The translations under genes and the position numbers were made by a program. This document shows, one piece after another, positions 29,727 to 39,831 of a DNA stretch of 64,000 nt (position 1 is its first letter; each line of letters begins with the position of its first letter). This stretch comes from an uncultured Actinomycetota bacterium (lineage in GTDB: Bacteria > Actinomycetota > Actinomycetes > JACCUZ01), in the NCBI GenBank assembly GCA_963728425.1, contig CAVSKC010000001.1:89523-153522 (forward strand), written 5' to 3'. The notes below the pieces were generated by a model, which made no database searches, was not told where the DNA came from, and saw only the letters and a list, made by a program, of their open reading frames with translations.

Positions 29727-31163
29727 GTGCGCCCCCTCGTCGTCGGGTTCGACCTCGACATGACCCTGATCGACACCCGGCCGGGCATCGCGGCCGTCTG
29801 GGACGCGCTGTCCGCCGAGACCGGGGTCGCGATCGACTCCGCTGCCGCCGTGGCCCGGCTCGGTCCGCCACTGGACGAGGAGCTCGCGGTCTGGTTCGCC
29901 GAGGGGGACCGGGCGGCCGCCGGCGACCGGTTCCGCGCGCTCTACCCGTCGCTGGCGGTCGCGACCGTCCCGGTCCTGGCCGGAGCGCGTGAGGCGGTGG
30001 CGGCGGTACGCCGGCACGGCGGCACCGTCGTGGTCGTCACCGGCAAGTACGAGCCGAACGCCCGGCTGCACGTCGAGCACCTGGGACTCGACGTCGACCA
30101 CGTGGTGGGCTGGCTGTGGGGCCCGGGCAAGGCCGAGGCCCTGCTCGAGCACGGCGCGACCGTCTACGTCGGTGACCACGTCGGCGACATCGAGGGGGCG
30201 CGGGCCGCGGGAGCGCTCAGCGTCGCCGTCCCGACCGGCCCGGTCGGCGCGGACGAGCTCCGCCGGGCCGGTGCCGACGTCGTCCTCGACGACCTGACCG
30301 CGTTCCCGGCCTGGCTGGACGGCTACGTGCTGCGACGCCGGCTGGCCGACCTGCACGAGCACCTCGTGTCCCTCGGCTCGGTCGCGGTCGCGTTCTCCGG
30401 CGGCGCCGACTCGGCCTTCCTGCTGGCGGCGGCGGTGCGGGCGCTCGGCACCGAGAACGTCGTCGCCGCGACCGCGGTGAGCGCCAGCCTCCCGGTGGCG
30501 GAGCTCGACGCGGCCGCTCGGTTCGCGGCCGACCTGGGTGTCCGGCACGTGTTCCCCGCGACGGACGAGCTGTCCCGTGAGGGCTACCGGGCCAACGCCG
30601 GCGACCGGTGCTACTTCTGCAAGGCCGAGCTGCTCGACGTGGTGGGGCCGCTCGCCGCCGAGCTCGGCGTGGCGTACGTCGCCACCGGCACCAACGCCGA
30701 CGACGCACGGGCCGGCTTCCGGCCCGGCATCGCAGCCGCCGCGGAGCGGGCCGCGGTGACCCCGCTGCTGGATGCGGGGCTCACCAAGGAGCAGGTACGC
30801 GCGGCCAGCCGGGCCTGGGGCCTCGCGACCTGGGACAAGCCGGCCGCAGCCTGCCTGTCCAGCCGGGTCGCGTTCGGGCTGGAGATCACCCCCGCCCGGC
30901 TCGCGCGGGTCGAGCGGGCCGAGGCGGCGGTCCGCGCCGCCCTGGCCGACCAGGCGATCGCGGCACCCGACGTACGGGTCAGGGACCTCGGTGAGCGGGC
31001 CCGCGTCGAGGTCACCTCCTCGGCGGTGGCCGCGGTCGCCGCCAGCGAGAGCGTGCTCGACGCGGTGCGGGCGGCGGGCTTCGCCGAGGTCGAGGTCGAC
31101 CCGCGGGGCTTCCGGTCCGGGGCGATGAACGAGCTGCTGCCCGACCCCGAGCGCTACCGCTGA
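29727..31163 (+). CDS. Fusion protein: N-terminal HAD-superfamily hydrolase + C-terminal LarE/TIGR00268-type PP-loop ATP pyrophosphatase
   Basis: HAD motif I VVGFDLDMTLIDT with later K and DD motifs. C-terminal half has PP-loop AFSGGADSAF, CYFCK cysteine pair, and ends with the conserved LarE-like region. Confidence 0.7.
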   Translation: MRPLVVGFDLDMTLIDTRPGIAAVWDALSAETGVAIDSAAAVARLGPPLDEELAVWFAEGDRAAAGDRFRALYPSLAVATVPVLAGAREAVAAVRRHGGTVVVVTGKYEPNARLHVEHLGLDVDHVVGWLWGPGKAEALLEHGATVYVGDHVGDIEGARAAGALSVAVPTGPVGADELRRAGADVVLDDLTAFPAWLDGYVLRRRLADLHEHLVSLGSVAVAFSGGADSAFLLAAAVRALGTENVVAATAVSASLPVAELDAAARFAADLGVRHVFPATDELSREGYRANAGDRCYFCKAELLDVVGPLAAELGVAYVATGTNADDARAGFRPGIAAAAERAAVTPLLDAGLTKEQVRAASRAWGLATWDKPAAACLSSRVAFGLEITPARLARVERAEAAVRAALADQAIAAPDVRVRDLGERARVEVTSSAVAAVAASESVLDAVRAAGFAEVEVDPRGFRSGAMNELLPDPERYR

Positions 31164-31262
31164 CGAAAGGCACTGGGGCCCCGCGCCCACCGCGGGTATC
31201 CTGGACGGCCGCGCTCCGCGCGTGCTGTTAGACACCCCACCGACACGATCACGAGGTCTCCC

Positions 31263-31646
31263 GTGCCCACCGGCAAGGTCAAGTGGTACGACACCGACAA
31301 GGGCTTCGGCTTCCTCTCCCGCGACGACGGCGGGGAGGTCTTCGTCCACTCCTCCGCACTGCCCGCGGGGGTGCCCGCGCTCAAGCCGGGTGCCCGGGTG
31401 GAGTTCGGCATCGTCGACGGCCGCCGCGGCGAGCAGGCCCTGTCGGTCACGCTGCTCGACCCGCTGCCGTCGGTCGCGGCCGGCACGCGCAAGCCGGCCG
31501 ACGACATGGCGGTGATCGTCGAGGACGTGATCAAGCTGCTCGACAACGTCGGCAACTCGCTGCGCCGGGGCCGCTACCCCGACAAGTCGACCGCCGCCAA
31601 GACCGCCGCGGTGCTGCGCGCCGTCGCGACCGACCTCGAGGGCTAG
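31263..31646 (+). CDS. cspB: Cold-shock domain protein with C-terminal extension (CspB-like, 127 aa)
   Basis: [31 protein letters not shown] cold-shock domain with RNP1 motif; extended C-terminus as in mycobacterial CspB. Confidence 0.85.
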   Translation: MPTGKVKWYDTDKGFGFLSRDDGGEVFVHSSALPAGVPALKPGARVEFGIVDGRRGEQALSVTLLDPLPSVAAGTRKPADDMAVIVEDVIKLLDNVGNSLRRGRYPDKSTAAKTAAVLRAVATDLEG

Positions 31647-31660
31647 CAACAAGCCCTGCT

Positions 31661-31752
31661 CCGAATGATCACGGAACCGTGATCGCTGGTGCCCGACTGC
31701 GCTGAATTCGGCGCGGATAGGTCGTGTCGATCAGGGAACCGTGATCATTTCG
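31661..31752. repeat. Copies 2 and 3 of the GGAACCGTGATCA motif: CCGAATGATCACGGAACCGTGATC (containing the perfect palindrome GATCACGG-AA-CCGTGATC) and GGAACCGTGATCATTTCG, 50 bp apart between cspB and the macA-like gene
   Basis: Read directly. The two copies can also pair with each other as a long-range stem (CGAATGATCACGG / CCGTGATCATTTCG). Confidence 0.5.
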
Positions 31753-33139
31753 AGGCAGGCGGGGCCAACCTACGATGGTGCCGTGGGCAGCGCCGGGCAC
31801 CGGGGCCGCGTCGCGACGGTGCTCGCGGTCGCGGCGCTGTCCGTCGCCGGCTGCACCGGGAGTTCCGGCTCGGACGTCGAGGTCGCCGACGTCGGCCGGG
31901 CCACCGTGGTCGAGGTCGTCGAGGCGCCGGCCATCGTCTCGGCCCGGGCCACGGCCACCGTGACCTCGCCGGCCGACGGGACGGTGGCGGCGCTGCGGGT
32001 CCGCGAGGGTCAGCAGGTGCACGCCGGCCAGGTGCTGCTGCGGGTGGAGTCGCCCGACTCCAGGCGCCGGCTCCGGCAGGCGCTCCGGGCCGACGCGGAG
32101 GCAGCATCGGCCGGTACGCCGGGCAGCGCCGGCGCCGTCGACCTGTCCTCGGCCGACCGGGCCGACGCGGCAGCCCAGCGTGCCTTCGCCCGGGCCCGCC
32201 AGGCCGCGCAGCGGATCCCGCCCGGTCCCGCGCGGCAGCAGGCCCTGTCCGCGCTGCGCGTCTCGCAGTCGCAGTACGAGGCGGCCCGGGCCAGCGCCGA
32301 CCAGGCCGCGCGGGCCCTGGCCGCCGGACTCGGCAGCCTGTCCGACGCCGTCACGGCCCTGTCGGCGGCCCAGCGGGTGCAGACCCGGGCCGCTGTGGAC
32401 GCGGCCCGGCGCGAGGTGGCCGCCCTCACGGTCCGGGCACCGGTCGCCGGCACCGTCTCGCTGTCGCCGCCCGCCGCGTCGAGCGCGGCGACCGACCCCT
32501 CCGCCCTGCTGGACCAGCTGCCGGAGAACCTGCAGGGCCAGGCCGGCGACCTGCTCGGCTCGGGCTCGGGTTCGAGCGGCTCGGTCGACGCGGTGCTGGC
32601 CCAGGGCCGTCCGGTCTCCTCCGGGCAGCCGGTGCTCACCGTGACCGACACCTCGACGCTCTCGCTCACCGCGCAGGTCGACGAGACCGACGTCCTGCTC
32701 GTCCGGCCCGGCGTGCCCGCCTCGGCCGAGCTGGACGCCGTCCCCGACGCGCAGTACGAGGCGGCCGTGACCACCATCGACCCCGCGCCCACCAGCTCCA
32801 CCCGCGGCGGCGTCACCTACGTGGTGCGCCTGTCCCTCGGCCGGGGCAGCGCCGCGGACGGGTCGACGGCGCCGACCCCGCGGCCCGGCATGAGTGCGGT
32901 GGTCGACCTGCAGGTGCGGACCGCCCGGGACGCCGTGGCCGTCCCTGCCGCCGGCGGTGTTCCGGGACGGCCGCCGTGACGCCGTCTGGGTCGTCGTGCA
33001 CGACGTGGCCCGGGAGCGGCGGGTCCGGCTCGGCGCCCAGGGCAAGGCGCGGGTGCAGGTCCTCGAGGGCCTCAAGGTCGGTGAGCGCGTGGTCGTCCGC
33101 GGGGCCGACCAGGTGCACGACGGCCAGCACCTGCCGTGA
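31741..33139 (+). CDS. Efflux adaptor (HlyD/MacA-family periplasmic membrane-fusion protein), apparent frameshift near 32950
   Basis: Lipoprotein-like N-terminus (LSVAGC), long coiled-coil, then VTDTSTLSLTAQVDETDV and a C-terminal beta-barrel segment in the +1 frame (AVFRDGRRDAVWVVVHD...VVVRGADQVHDGQ). The listed GTG at 31741 overlaps a repeat motif; the true start is probably downstream. Confidence 0.65.
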
Positions 33140-33810
33140 GCAGTCCTGCCGTCGAAGCCGTCGACGTTCGCCGCAGCTACCAGCTCGACGGGGTCTCGGT
33201 GGAGGCGCTGCGGGGCGTGAGCCTGCGCATCGACCCCGGCGAGTACGTCGCGGTGGTCGGCCCCTCGGGCTCAGGCAAGTCGACCCTGATGCACCTGCTC
33301 GGCTGCCTCGACCGGCCGACGTCGGGGGTGCTGCGGGTGGGCGACCGGGACGTCGCCACGCTGGGCGACGGAGAGCTCGCCGGCCTGCGCAACCGCACCA
33401 TCGGCTTCGTGTTCCAGTCATTCCAGCTACTGGGCCGCACCACCGCGCTGGACAACGTGGCATTGCCGCTGGTCTACCGCGGTGTACGCCGGGCCGAGCG
33501 GCGCGAACGGGCCGAGGCCGCGCTCACCGCCGTCGGGCTGGCACACCGGCTGGGCCACCGCCCCGGCCAGCTCTCCGGCGGCGAGCAGCAGCGGGTGGCC
33601 ATCGCGCGCGCCCTGGTGGGGGAGCCCGGCCTGCTGCTCGCCGACGAGCCGACCGGGAACCTGGACACCGGCAGCGGGGCCGAGATCTTGGCCCTGCTGG
33701 ACGGCCTGGTGCGGGACCGCGGCGTCGCCGTCGTCGTGGTCACCCACGACCCCGACGTCGCTGCGATGGCCCGCCGCCGGGTCCGCATGCGGGACGGCCT
33801 GATCGAATGA
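33136..33810 (+). CDS. ABC transporter ATP-binding protein (MacB-type ATPase)
   Basis: GPSGSGKSTL, LSGGEQQRVAIARAL, LLLADEPTGNLD. Confidence 0.85.
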   Translation: MSSPAVEAVDVRRSYQLDGVSVEALRGVSLRIDPGEYVAVVGPSGSGKSTLMHLLGCLDRPTSGVLRVGDRDVATLGDGELAGLRNRTIGFVFQSFQLLGRTTALDNVALPLVYRGVRRAERRERAEAALTAVGLAHRLGHRPGQLSGGEQQRVAIARALVGEPGLLLADEPTGNLDTGSGAEILALLDGLVRDRGVAVVVVTHDPDVAAMARRRVRMRDGLIE

Positions 33811-34991
33811 GAGCAGGAGAGGCGTTCCGGGTCGCGCTGGGGGCGCTGGTTGCCAACAAGCTGCGCAGCAGTCTGACCATGCTCGGGGTCGTCATCGGCG
33901 TCGCGGCCGTTGTCGTCCTGGTGGCCCTCGGCTCCGGTGCCAAGCACGAAGTGGAGCAGCAGGTCGAGGGCCTCGGCTCGAACATCATCATCGTGGTGCC
34001 GGGGAAGTTCGAGCTCGGGTCGGCCCCGTCGATCAGCCGGCTCACCCTCGACGATGTCGACCTGCTCGGCCGAGTCGTCGGCGACGAGCGTCGGGTCGCG
34101 GTCTCGGTCGCCTCGGGTGAAACCGTGAGCGTCGGCCGCCGCGAGACGTTCGTCACCGTGAACGGCGTCAACGAGAACGTGCCTAACGTCTTCGACCGGC
34201 CGCTGGCGCGGGGGGAGTACATCACCAGCTCCGACGTCGACACCCGTCGCCGGGTCGCGGTGCTCGGCTCGACGGTCGTGCGCCGCCTCTTCGGCGATGT
34301 CGACCCACTCGGCCGTCAGGTGTCGATCGCCGGCGTCCGGTTCCGGGTCATCGGTGTCTTCGCACCGGTCGGCTCGACCTTCGGCGTCGACCGCGACTCC
34401 GAGGTTCACATCCCGGTGACCGCTGCGCAGCGGCTGTTCGGTGTCGACCGGATCGACGGGCTGGCCGTGAAGGCGCCGCGGGCCGACGACGTCGAGCCGC
34501 TGCAGCGCAAGCTGACCGCCGCGCTGCGGGACAAGTACGACGGGGAGGAGTTCTCGGCCGTCACGCAGACCCAGATCCTCGGCACCATCGGGCGGATCCT
34601 CGGCCTGCTGACGCTGGTCCTCGCGGCGATCGCCGCGATCTCGCTGCTGGTCGGCGGAGTGGGCGTCTCGAACATCATGCTGGTCAGCGTCCGGGAGCGG
34701 ACCCGCGAGATCGGGCTGCGCAAGGCGCTGGGCGCCCGGCAGCGCGACATCCTGCTCCAGTTCCTGATCGAGGCCGTGCTGCTCTGCGTCGTCGGCGGCC
34801 TGATCGGCATCGGCCTCGGGGTCGGGTCGTCACTGCTGGTGGCCGCGGTCTCGCCGCTGCCCGCCGTCATCGCCTGGTGGTCCCCGGCGCTGGCCTTCAC
34901 GGTGTCGGCAGCGGTCGGCGTCTTCTTCGGGGTCGCACCGGCCCGGCGGGCCGGTCGGCTGGACCCGGTGGTCGCTCTGCGCACCGAGTGA
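33807..34991 (+). CDS. ABC transporter permease (FtsX/MacB family)
   Basis: N-terminal TM helix, MacB periplasmic domain, C-terminal FtsX four-TM block (GVGVSNIMLVSVRERTREIGLRKALGA); ATGA overlap with the ATPase gene. Confidence 0.8.
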   Translation: MRAGEAFRVALGALVANKLRSSLTMLGVVIGVAAVVVLVALGSGAKHEVEQQVEGLGSNIIIVVPGKFELGSAPSISRLTLDDVDLLGRVVGDERRVAVSVASGETVSVGRRETFVTVNGVNENVPNVFDRPLARGEYITSSDVDTRRRVAVLGSTVVRRLFGDVDPLGRQVSIAGVRFRVIGVFAPVGSTFGVDRDSEVHIPVTAAQRLFGVDRIDGLAVKAPRADDVEPLQRKLTAALRDKYDGEEFSAVTQTQILGTIGRILGLLTLVLAAIAAISLLVGGVGVSNIMLVSVRERTREIGLRKALGARQRDILLQFLIEAVLLCVVGGLIGIGLGVGSSLLVAAVSPLPAVIAWWSPALAFTVSAAVGVFFGVAPARRAGRLDPVVALRTE

Positions 34992-35020
34992 TCGGCTGGT
35001 ACGCCGGGTAGCGTGCCCGC

Positions 35021-36208
35021 ATGAGCGCGTCGGTCTGTGTGCCGTGGGACGAGGCACTGGTCGCCTACGACTTCGGCCCGGACCACCCCCTCAACCCGCT
35101 GCGGGTCGACCTCACCATGCGTCTCGCCCGCGACCTCGGCGTGCTGGACCTGCCGAACGTGTCGATGGTGCGGCCCGAGCCGGCGACCGACGACGAGCTG
35201 CTGCTGGTGCATGAGAAGGAGTACGTCGAGGCGGTCAAGACCGCCGGCGCCGACCCGCGCCACGCCGACCTGGCCCGCGGCATCGGCACCTCGGACACCC
35301 CGGCCTTCCCCGGGATGCACGAGGCCGCCGCGCTGGTGGCGGGTGCCACCCTGGCAGCTGCCCGCGCGGTCTGGACCGGCGCCGCCGAGCACGGTGTCAA
35401 CGTGGCCGGCGGGCTGCACCACGCGATGCCCGGAGCGGGCAGCGGGTTCTGCATCTACAACGACCCCGCGATCGCCATCGCCTGGCTGCTCGAGCAGGGT
35501 GCCGAGCGGGTTGCCTACGTCGACGTCGACGTGCACCACGGGGACGGCGTGGAGCGCGCCTTCTGGGACGAGCCACGGGTGCTCACCATCTCGGTGCACG
35601 AGAGCGGCCGCTACCTCTTCCCCGGCACCGGCTTCCCCGAGGACACCGGCGGCCCCGGCGCAGCCGGTCACGCGGTCAACCTGGCACTGCCGCCCGGCAC
35701 CGCCGACGCGGCCTGGCTGCGAGCCTTCCACGCCGTCGTGCCGCCGCTGGTGGCCGAGTTCCAGCCGCAGGTGCTGGTCACCCAGCACGGCTGCGACAGC
35801 CACGTGCTCGACCCGCTGGCCCACCTGGGCCTGACCGTCGACGCCCAGCGCACGTCGTACGCCGTTCTGCACGACCTGGCCCACCGGCACGCCGGCGGAC
35901 GGTGGCTGGCCACCGGCGGCGGCGGCTACGAGCTCGCCGAGGTGGTGCCACGGGCCTGGACGCACCTGCTGGCCGAGGCTGCTGATGCCCCGATCGCCCC
36001 GGAGACCGCGGTGCCCGAGGGCTGGCGCGAGTATGTCGTGGAGCGCTACGGCCTGGCCGCGCCGGCCCGGATGACCGACGGCGGGACGACGACCTGGCGG
36101 GACTGGTCCGAGGGCTTCGACCCGGCCGACCCCGTCGACCGGGCGGTGCTCGCGACCCAGCGCGCGGTCTTCCCGGCCAACGGGCTCGGCGGGCTGCTCC
36201 ACCTGTGA
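35021..36208 (+). CDS. acuC: Acetoin utilization protein AcuC / histone-deacetylase-family protein
   Basis: HDAC-fold motifs GFCIYND, DVDVHHGDG, SVHESGRYLFPGTG. Confidence 0.8.
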   Translation: MSASVCVPWDEALVAYDFGPDHPLNPLRVDLTMRLARDLGVLDLPNVSMVRPEPATDDELLLVHEKEYVEAVKTAGADPRHADLARGIGTSDTPAFPGMHEAAALVAGATLAAARAVWTGAAEHGVNVAGGLHHAMPGAGSGFCIYNDPAIAIAWLLEQGAERVAYVDVDVHHGDGVERAFWDEPRVLTISVHESGRYLFPGTGFPEDTGGPGAAGHAVNLALPPGTADAAWLRAFHAVVPPLVAEFQPQVLVTQHGCDSHVLDPLAHLGLTVDAQRTSYAVLHDLAHRHAGGRWLATGGGGYELAEVVPRAWTHLLAEAADAPIAPETAVPEGWREYVVERYGLAAPARMTDGGTTTWRDWSEGFDPADPVDRAVLATQRAVFPANGLGGLLHL

Positions 36209-37005
36209 GCGCCCCGGACCGGGCCGCGCTGCGCGCCCACCTCGTCGCCAGCCGGATCGCCGGCGACGTCGACACGTCGCGCGAGGACAACCTGCTCAAG
36301 TACGGCATGCTCGCGGCTCGGCTGCCCAAGGCCATGTTCGGCCTCGAGCCGGTCGGGCGGTGGAACCTCGCGGACATCCTGGCGCTGATGGCCGACCGGG
36401 TCGGCGTCTCGCCGGACCCCGCGCACCTGCGGGGCAGGGATCGGATCGACCCCGACCGCACCATCGACGCGCTGGACCGGATGGCCGAGCACCTGGCCCG
36501 GGCTGCCCGAGACCGGTCCCGGGTGCTGCTCGCGACCGGCCACCCGGCCGGGCTGCTGGTCGTGCACCAGGCCGTCGCCGCCGCGCTCCAGACCGCCGGG
36601 GCCACCGTGCTCGCCCCCGGCGACGGGTTCGCCTGGCAGTCGATGACCCGCTGGGGCAAGGTCGACCGGCACATCCGGTACGTCGGCGGGGTGGCCGTCG
36701 CCAGCGACATGGGCAACCTCAACCACACCCACTCCGCCCAGCCGATGCGCGGTCTGCTCGCTGCCCTGCGGGACTCCGGCGAGGCGCTGCCCGACCTGGT
36801 GGTCGCCGACCACGGCTGGGCGGGCGCCGCCGGGCAGGCCGGCGTGACCGCGGTCGGCTTCGCGGACTGCAACGACCCGGCGCTGTTCGTCGGCGAGGCC
36901 GAGGGCCTGGTGGCCGTGTCCGTACCGCTGGACGACAACGTGCCCCCGCACCGCTACGCCCCGATGACGGCCCACCTGCTCGACGCGGCCGGGCTCGCAG
37001 CCTGA
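36205..37005 (+). CDS. conserved hypothetical protein (266 aa), translationally coupled to acuC
   Basis: ATGA-type overlap with the acuC stop; no motif recognised. Confidence 0.45.
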   Translation: MSAPDRAALRAHLVASRIAGDVDTSREDNLLKYGMLAARLPKAMFGLEPVGRWNLADILALMADRVGVSPDPAHLRGRDRIDPDRTIDALDRMAEHLARAARDRSRVLLATGHPAGLLVVHQAVAAALQTAGATVLAPGDGFAWQSMTRWGKVDRHIRYVGGVAVASDMGNLNHTHSAQPMRGLLAALRDSGEALPDLVVADHGWAGAAGQAGVTAVGFADCNDPALFVGEAEGLVAVSVPLDDNVPPHRYAPMTAHLLDAAGLAA

Positions 37006-37047
37006 CCTCGGCGCCGCCGCGTCGTCGGACCCCCGACGTACGGTGAC

Positions 37048-37674
37048 GTGGTGACCGAGGTGGGCCTGCAGGGGTCGCTGTTCGACGGCGGCGAGCCGGT
37101 GGTCGACCACGGCTTCGCCGGCCTGCGCCGCATCCCGCTGGACGAGCGCTCGTGGGTCGACCACGCGCCGGGCTGGCTGCGCGGGTCGGACGAGCTGTTC
37201 ACGCTGCTGCACCGCACCGGCCGGTTCAGCCAGCGCACCGTGCAGGTCTGGGACCGCACCGTGCCGGAGCCGAGGCTGACCGCGGGCTGGTCCACCGAGG
37301 TCGCCGGCGACGACGTCCCCGCCCCGCTGCGGGAGCTCGCGTCAGCCCTGTCCCGGCACTACGACATCGCCTTCGACCGGATCTGGGTCAACCTCTACCG
37401 CGACGGGCGGGACAGCGTGGCCTGGCACGGCGACCGGAACCGGCACACCCACCGCAACCCGCTGGTCGCCACGGTGTCGCTGGGTGCCCGGCGGCGGTTC
37501 CGGCTCCGGCCGGTCGGTGGCCGGCCGGCCCTCGAGCTGCGCCCCGGCCACGGCGACCTGGTGGTGATGGGCGGAGCCTGCCAGCACGAGTGGGAGCACA
37601 CGGTCCCGAAGGAGGCAGCGCCCGCCGGCCCCCGGATGAGCATCACCCTGCGGCACAGCGCCCAGCTCGGCTGA
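37048..37674 (+). CDS. alkB: Alpha-ketoglutarate-dependent dioxygenase AlkB (2OG-Fe(II) oxygenase)
   Basis: WVNLYRDGRDSVAWHGDRN ... HEWEHTVP iron-binding HxD...H and 2OG-binding R; 208 aa. Confidence 0.8.
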   Translation: MVTEVGLQGSLFDGGEPVVDHGFAGLRRIPLDERSWVDHAPGWLRGSDELFTLLHRTGRFSQRTVQVWDRTVPEPRLTAGWSTEVAGDDVPAPLRELASALSRHYDIAFDRIWVNLYRDGRDSVAWHGDRNRHTHRNPLVATVSLGARRRFRLRPVGGRPALELRPGHGDLVVMGGACQHEWEHTVPKEAAPAGPRMSITLRHSAQLG

Positions 37675-37743
37675 GGGGCGATCGGCGTCGACGTTCGCCC
37701 GTTCGGGTGATCGAGCCGCACGCTTTCCTGTCGACGTTCAGCT

Positions 37744-39714
37744 GTGGGCTCCCTCCGAACGCGCGTGCGTGGCGCCAGCCTGCTCGTGCGGTTCGCCGTC
37801 GTGAGCCTGGTGCTGGTCGTGCTGCTCGGTGTCCTGATGGCCAAGCTGCTGGCGTCGATGATCGCCGCGCGCGGCTTGCAGTCGGCCACCGACGCCGCCG
37901 TGCTCACGACAACGATCGCGGTGCAGCCCCTGCTCACGGCGGACGACCTCACCCACGAGCTGCCAGCCGACAAGGTGGCCGCGCTGGACCGGGTGATGCA
38001 GGGTTCCCGCGCCGGCACCGAGATCGCCCGGATCAAGATCTGGTCCGGCAAGAAGCTGCTCTACACGGCGGACCCGCACACCCGGACGCCCGCCCGCACC
38101 GGCGCCGAGACCTCGGACGAGCTGGCCGAGGCGCTGGCCGGCGAGATCGAGGCAGAGGTGATCAGCGACAGCTCGGAGCCGGAGAACGCGGCGCTGATCG
38201 AGCGCTACGGCAAGCTGCTCGAGGTCTACGTGCCGATCCTGTACGACGGTCAGGCCCGCCCCGCGGGCGTGTTCGAGCTGTACCTCCCCTACCAGCCGGT
38301 GCAGGCGAGCATCCGGGCCGACACCACCCGGGCGGCTGCGCTGCTCGTCCTCGGCCTCGTGGTCCTCTGGCTGGGGCTGTTCCGGGTCGTGGCGACCGCC
38401 TCGCGGCGGCTGCGGGTGGAGTCGTCGCGCAACGAGCACCAGGCGCGGCACGACGCCCTCACCGGCCTGGCCAACCGGGCCCAGCTGGACGTCGAGCTGG
38501 CGGCAGCGACCGGCAGGCCGGTGCCGAGCGGCGTGGCCCTCGTGCTGCTCGACCTGGACCGGTTCCGCGAGGTGAACGACACCCTGGGGCACGCGTGCGG
38601 TGACGAGGTCGTGCTCGAGATGGCGCACCGGCTGACCCGGCTGGCGGGTCCGCATGACCTGGTGGCCCGGCTCGGCGGCGACGAGTTCGCCGTGCTCCTG
38701 CCCGACGTCGACGGCGTCCAGGCCGCGCTGCTGCACGCGGAGGCGTTGCGGTCGGCGCTGCGCGCGCCGGTCTGGGTCGGCGGGGTCGACGTCGTCCTGG
38801 ACGCGCGGGCCGGTGTCTCGGTGCACCCGCTGGACGCGGAGGACGGCCCGGCCCTGCTGCGGCACGCCGACGTCGCGGCCGAGCAGGCGAAGCGCACCCA
38901 CGTCGGCGTCTGCGCCTACGACGGCGCGCTGGACCGGCACAGCACCGAGCGGCTGGGGCTGCTGGCCGACCTGGCCCGGGCCATCGCCGACGGTGAGCTG
39001 GTCCTGCACTACCAGCCCAAGTGCGACCTGTCCGGCCGGGTGCTCGGCGTCGAGGCACTGGTCCGCTGGGCCCACCCGCAGCGCGGCCTGCTGCCGCCGG
39101 CGGAGTTCGTCCAGGTCGCCGAGCGCACCGGGCTGGTGCACCCGCTGACCGAGACGGTGCTGGACCAGGCCCTGGCCCAGGTCCGCCGATGGATGGACGA
39201 CGGGCGCGAGCTGCCGGTGGCGGTCAACATCTCGACCCGCAGCCTGCTGCAGCCGGGCTTCGCCGAGCGGGTGCTCACCGCGCTGGGGACGCATGGCGTG
39301 CCGGCCCGCCTGCTCGGGCTGGAGATCACCGAGACCACGATCATGGAGGACCCCGACCGGGCGCTGGTGGTCCTGACCCAGCTGGCCGACGCCGGGATCC
39401 GGCTGTCCATCGACGACTTCGGCACCGGCTACTCGTCGCTGGCCTATCTCAAGGTGCTGCCGGTGCACGAGCTGAAGATCGACCGGGTGTTCGTCGCGGC
39501 GCTCACCACCAGCGAGCGGGACCGGGTGATCGTGGACTCGACGATCGCGCTCGGCGCCCGGCTCGGGCTGGACGTCGTGGCCGAGGGGGTGGAGGACGAG
39601 CCGACCCTGACAGCGCTCGCCTCGCTCGGCTGCCAGCACGCTCAGGGCTACTACTTCAGCCGGCCGGTCCCCGCGGAGATGCTCCGTCTTGAGGGGTCCG
39701 ACCGGGTGAGCTGA
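37744..39714 (+). CDS. Membrane sensor with GGDEF and EAL domains (diguanylate cyclase/phosphodiesterase)
   Basis: TM/periplasmic N-terminus, GGDEF (RLGGDEFAVLL), EAL (EALVRW...DDFGTGYSSL...KIDRVFV). Confidence 0.85.
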   Translation: MGSLRTRVRGASLLVRFAVVSLVLVVLLGVLMAKLLASMIAARGLQSATDAAVLTTTIAVQPLLTADDLTHELPADKVAALDRVMQGSRAGTEIARIKIWSGKKLLYTADPHTRTPARTGAETSDELAEALAGEIEAEVISDSSEPENAALIERYGKLLEVYVPILYDGQARPAGVFELYLPYQPVQASIRADTTRAAALLVLGLVVLWLGLFRVVATASRRLRVESSRNEHQARHDALTGLANRAQLDVELAAATGRPVPSGVALVLLDLDRFREVNDTLGHACGDEVVLEMAHRLTRLAGPHDLVARLGGDEFAVLLPDVDGVQAALLHAEALRSALRAPVWVGGVDVVLDARAGVSVHPLDAEDGPALLRHADVAAEQAKRTHVGVCAYDGALDRHSTERLGLLADLARAIADGELVLHYQPKCDLSGRVLGVEALVRWAHPQRGLLPPAEFVQVAERTGLVHPLTETVLDQALAQVRRWMDDGRELPVAVNISTRSLLQPGFAERVLTALGTHGVPARLLGLEITETTIMEDPDRALVVLTQLADAGIRLSIDDFGTGYSSLAYLKVLPVHELKIDRVFVAALTTSERDRVIVDSTIALGARLGLDVVAEGVEDEPTLTALASLGCQHAQGYYFSRPVPAEMLRLEGSDRVS

Positions 39715-39831
39715 GCGTCCCCCCTTTCCCACGAGGCACATCCGCACCTACCCTGTCGGCAGAGCGCGTACGCCCTGTTGTGCTCCGGTGGGGAAGCCGG
39801 CGCCCGTCACGTGCTGAAGGTTCGGTGCGTC

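Noticed and set aside
28443-31752. Calling the motif-flanked 3.2-kb block a transposon or mobile element.
   Set aside because: No transposase, integrase or target-site duplication is visible. Only short inverted motif copies are present. It is reported as a repeat or regulatory observation only.
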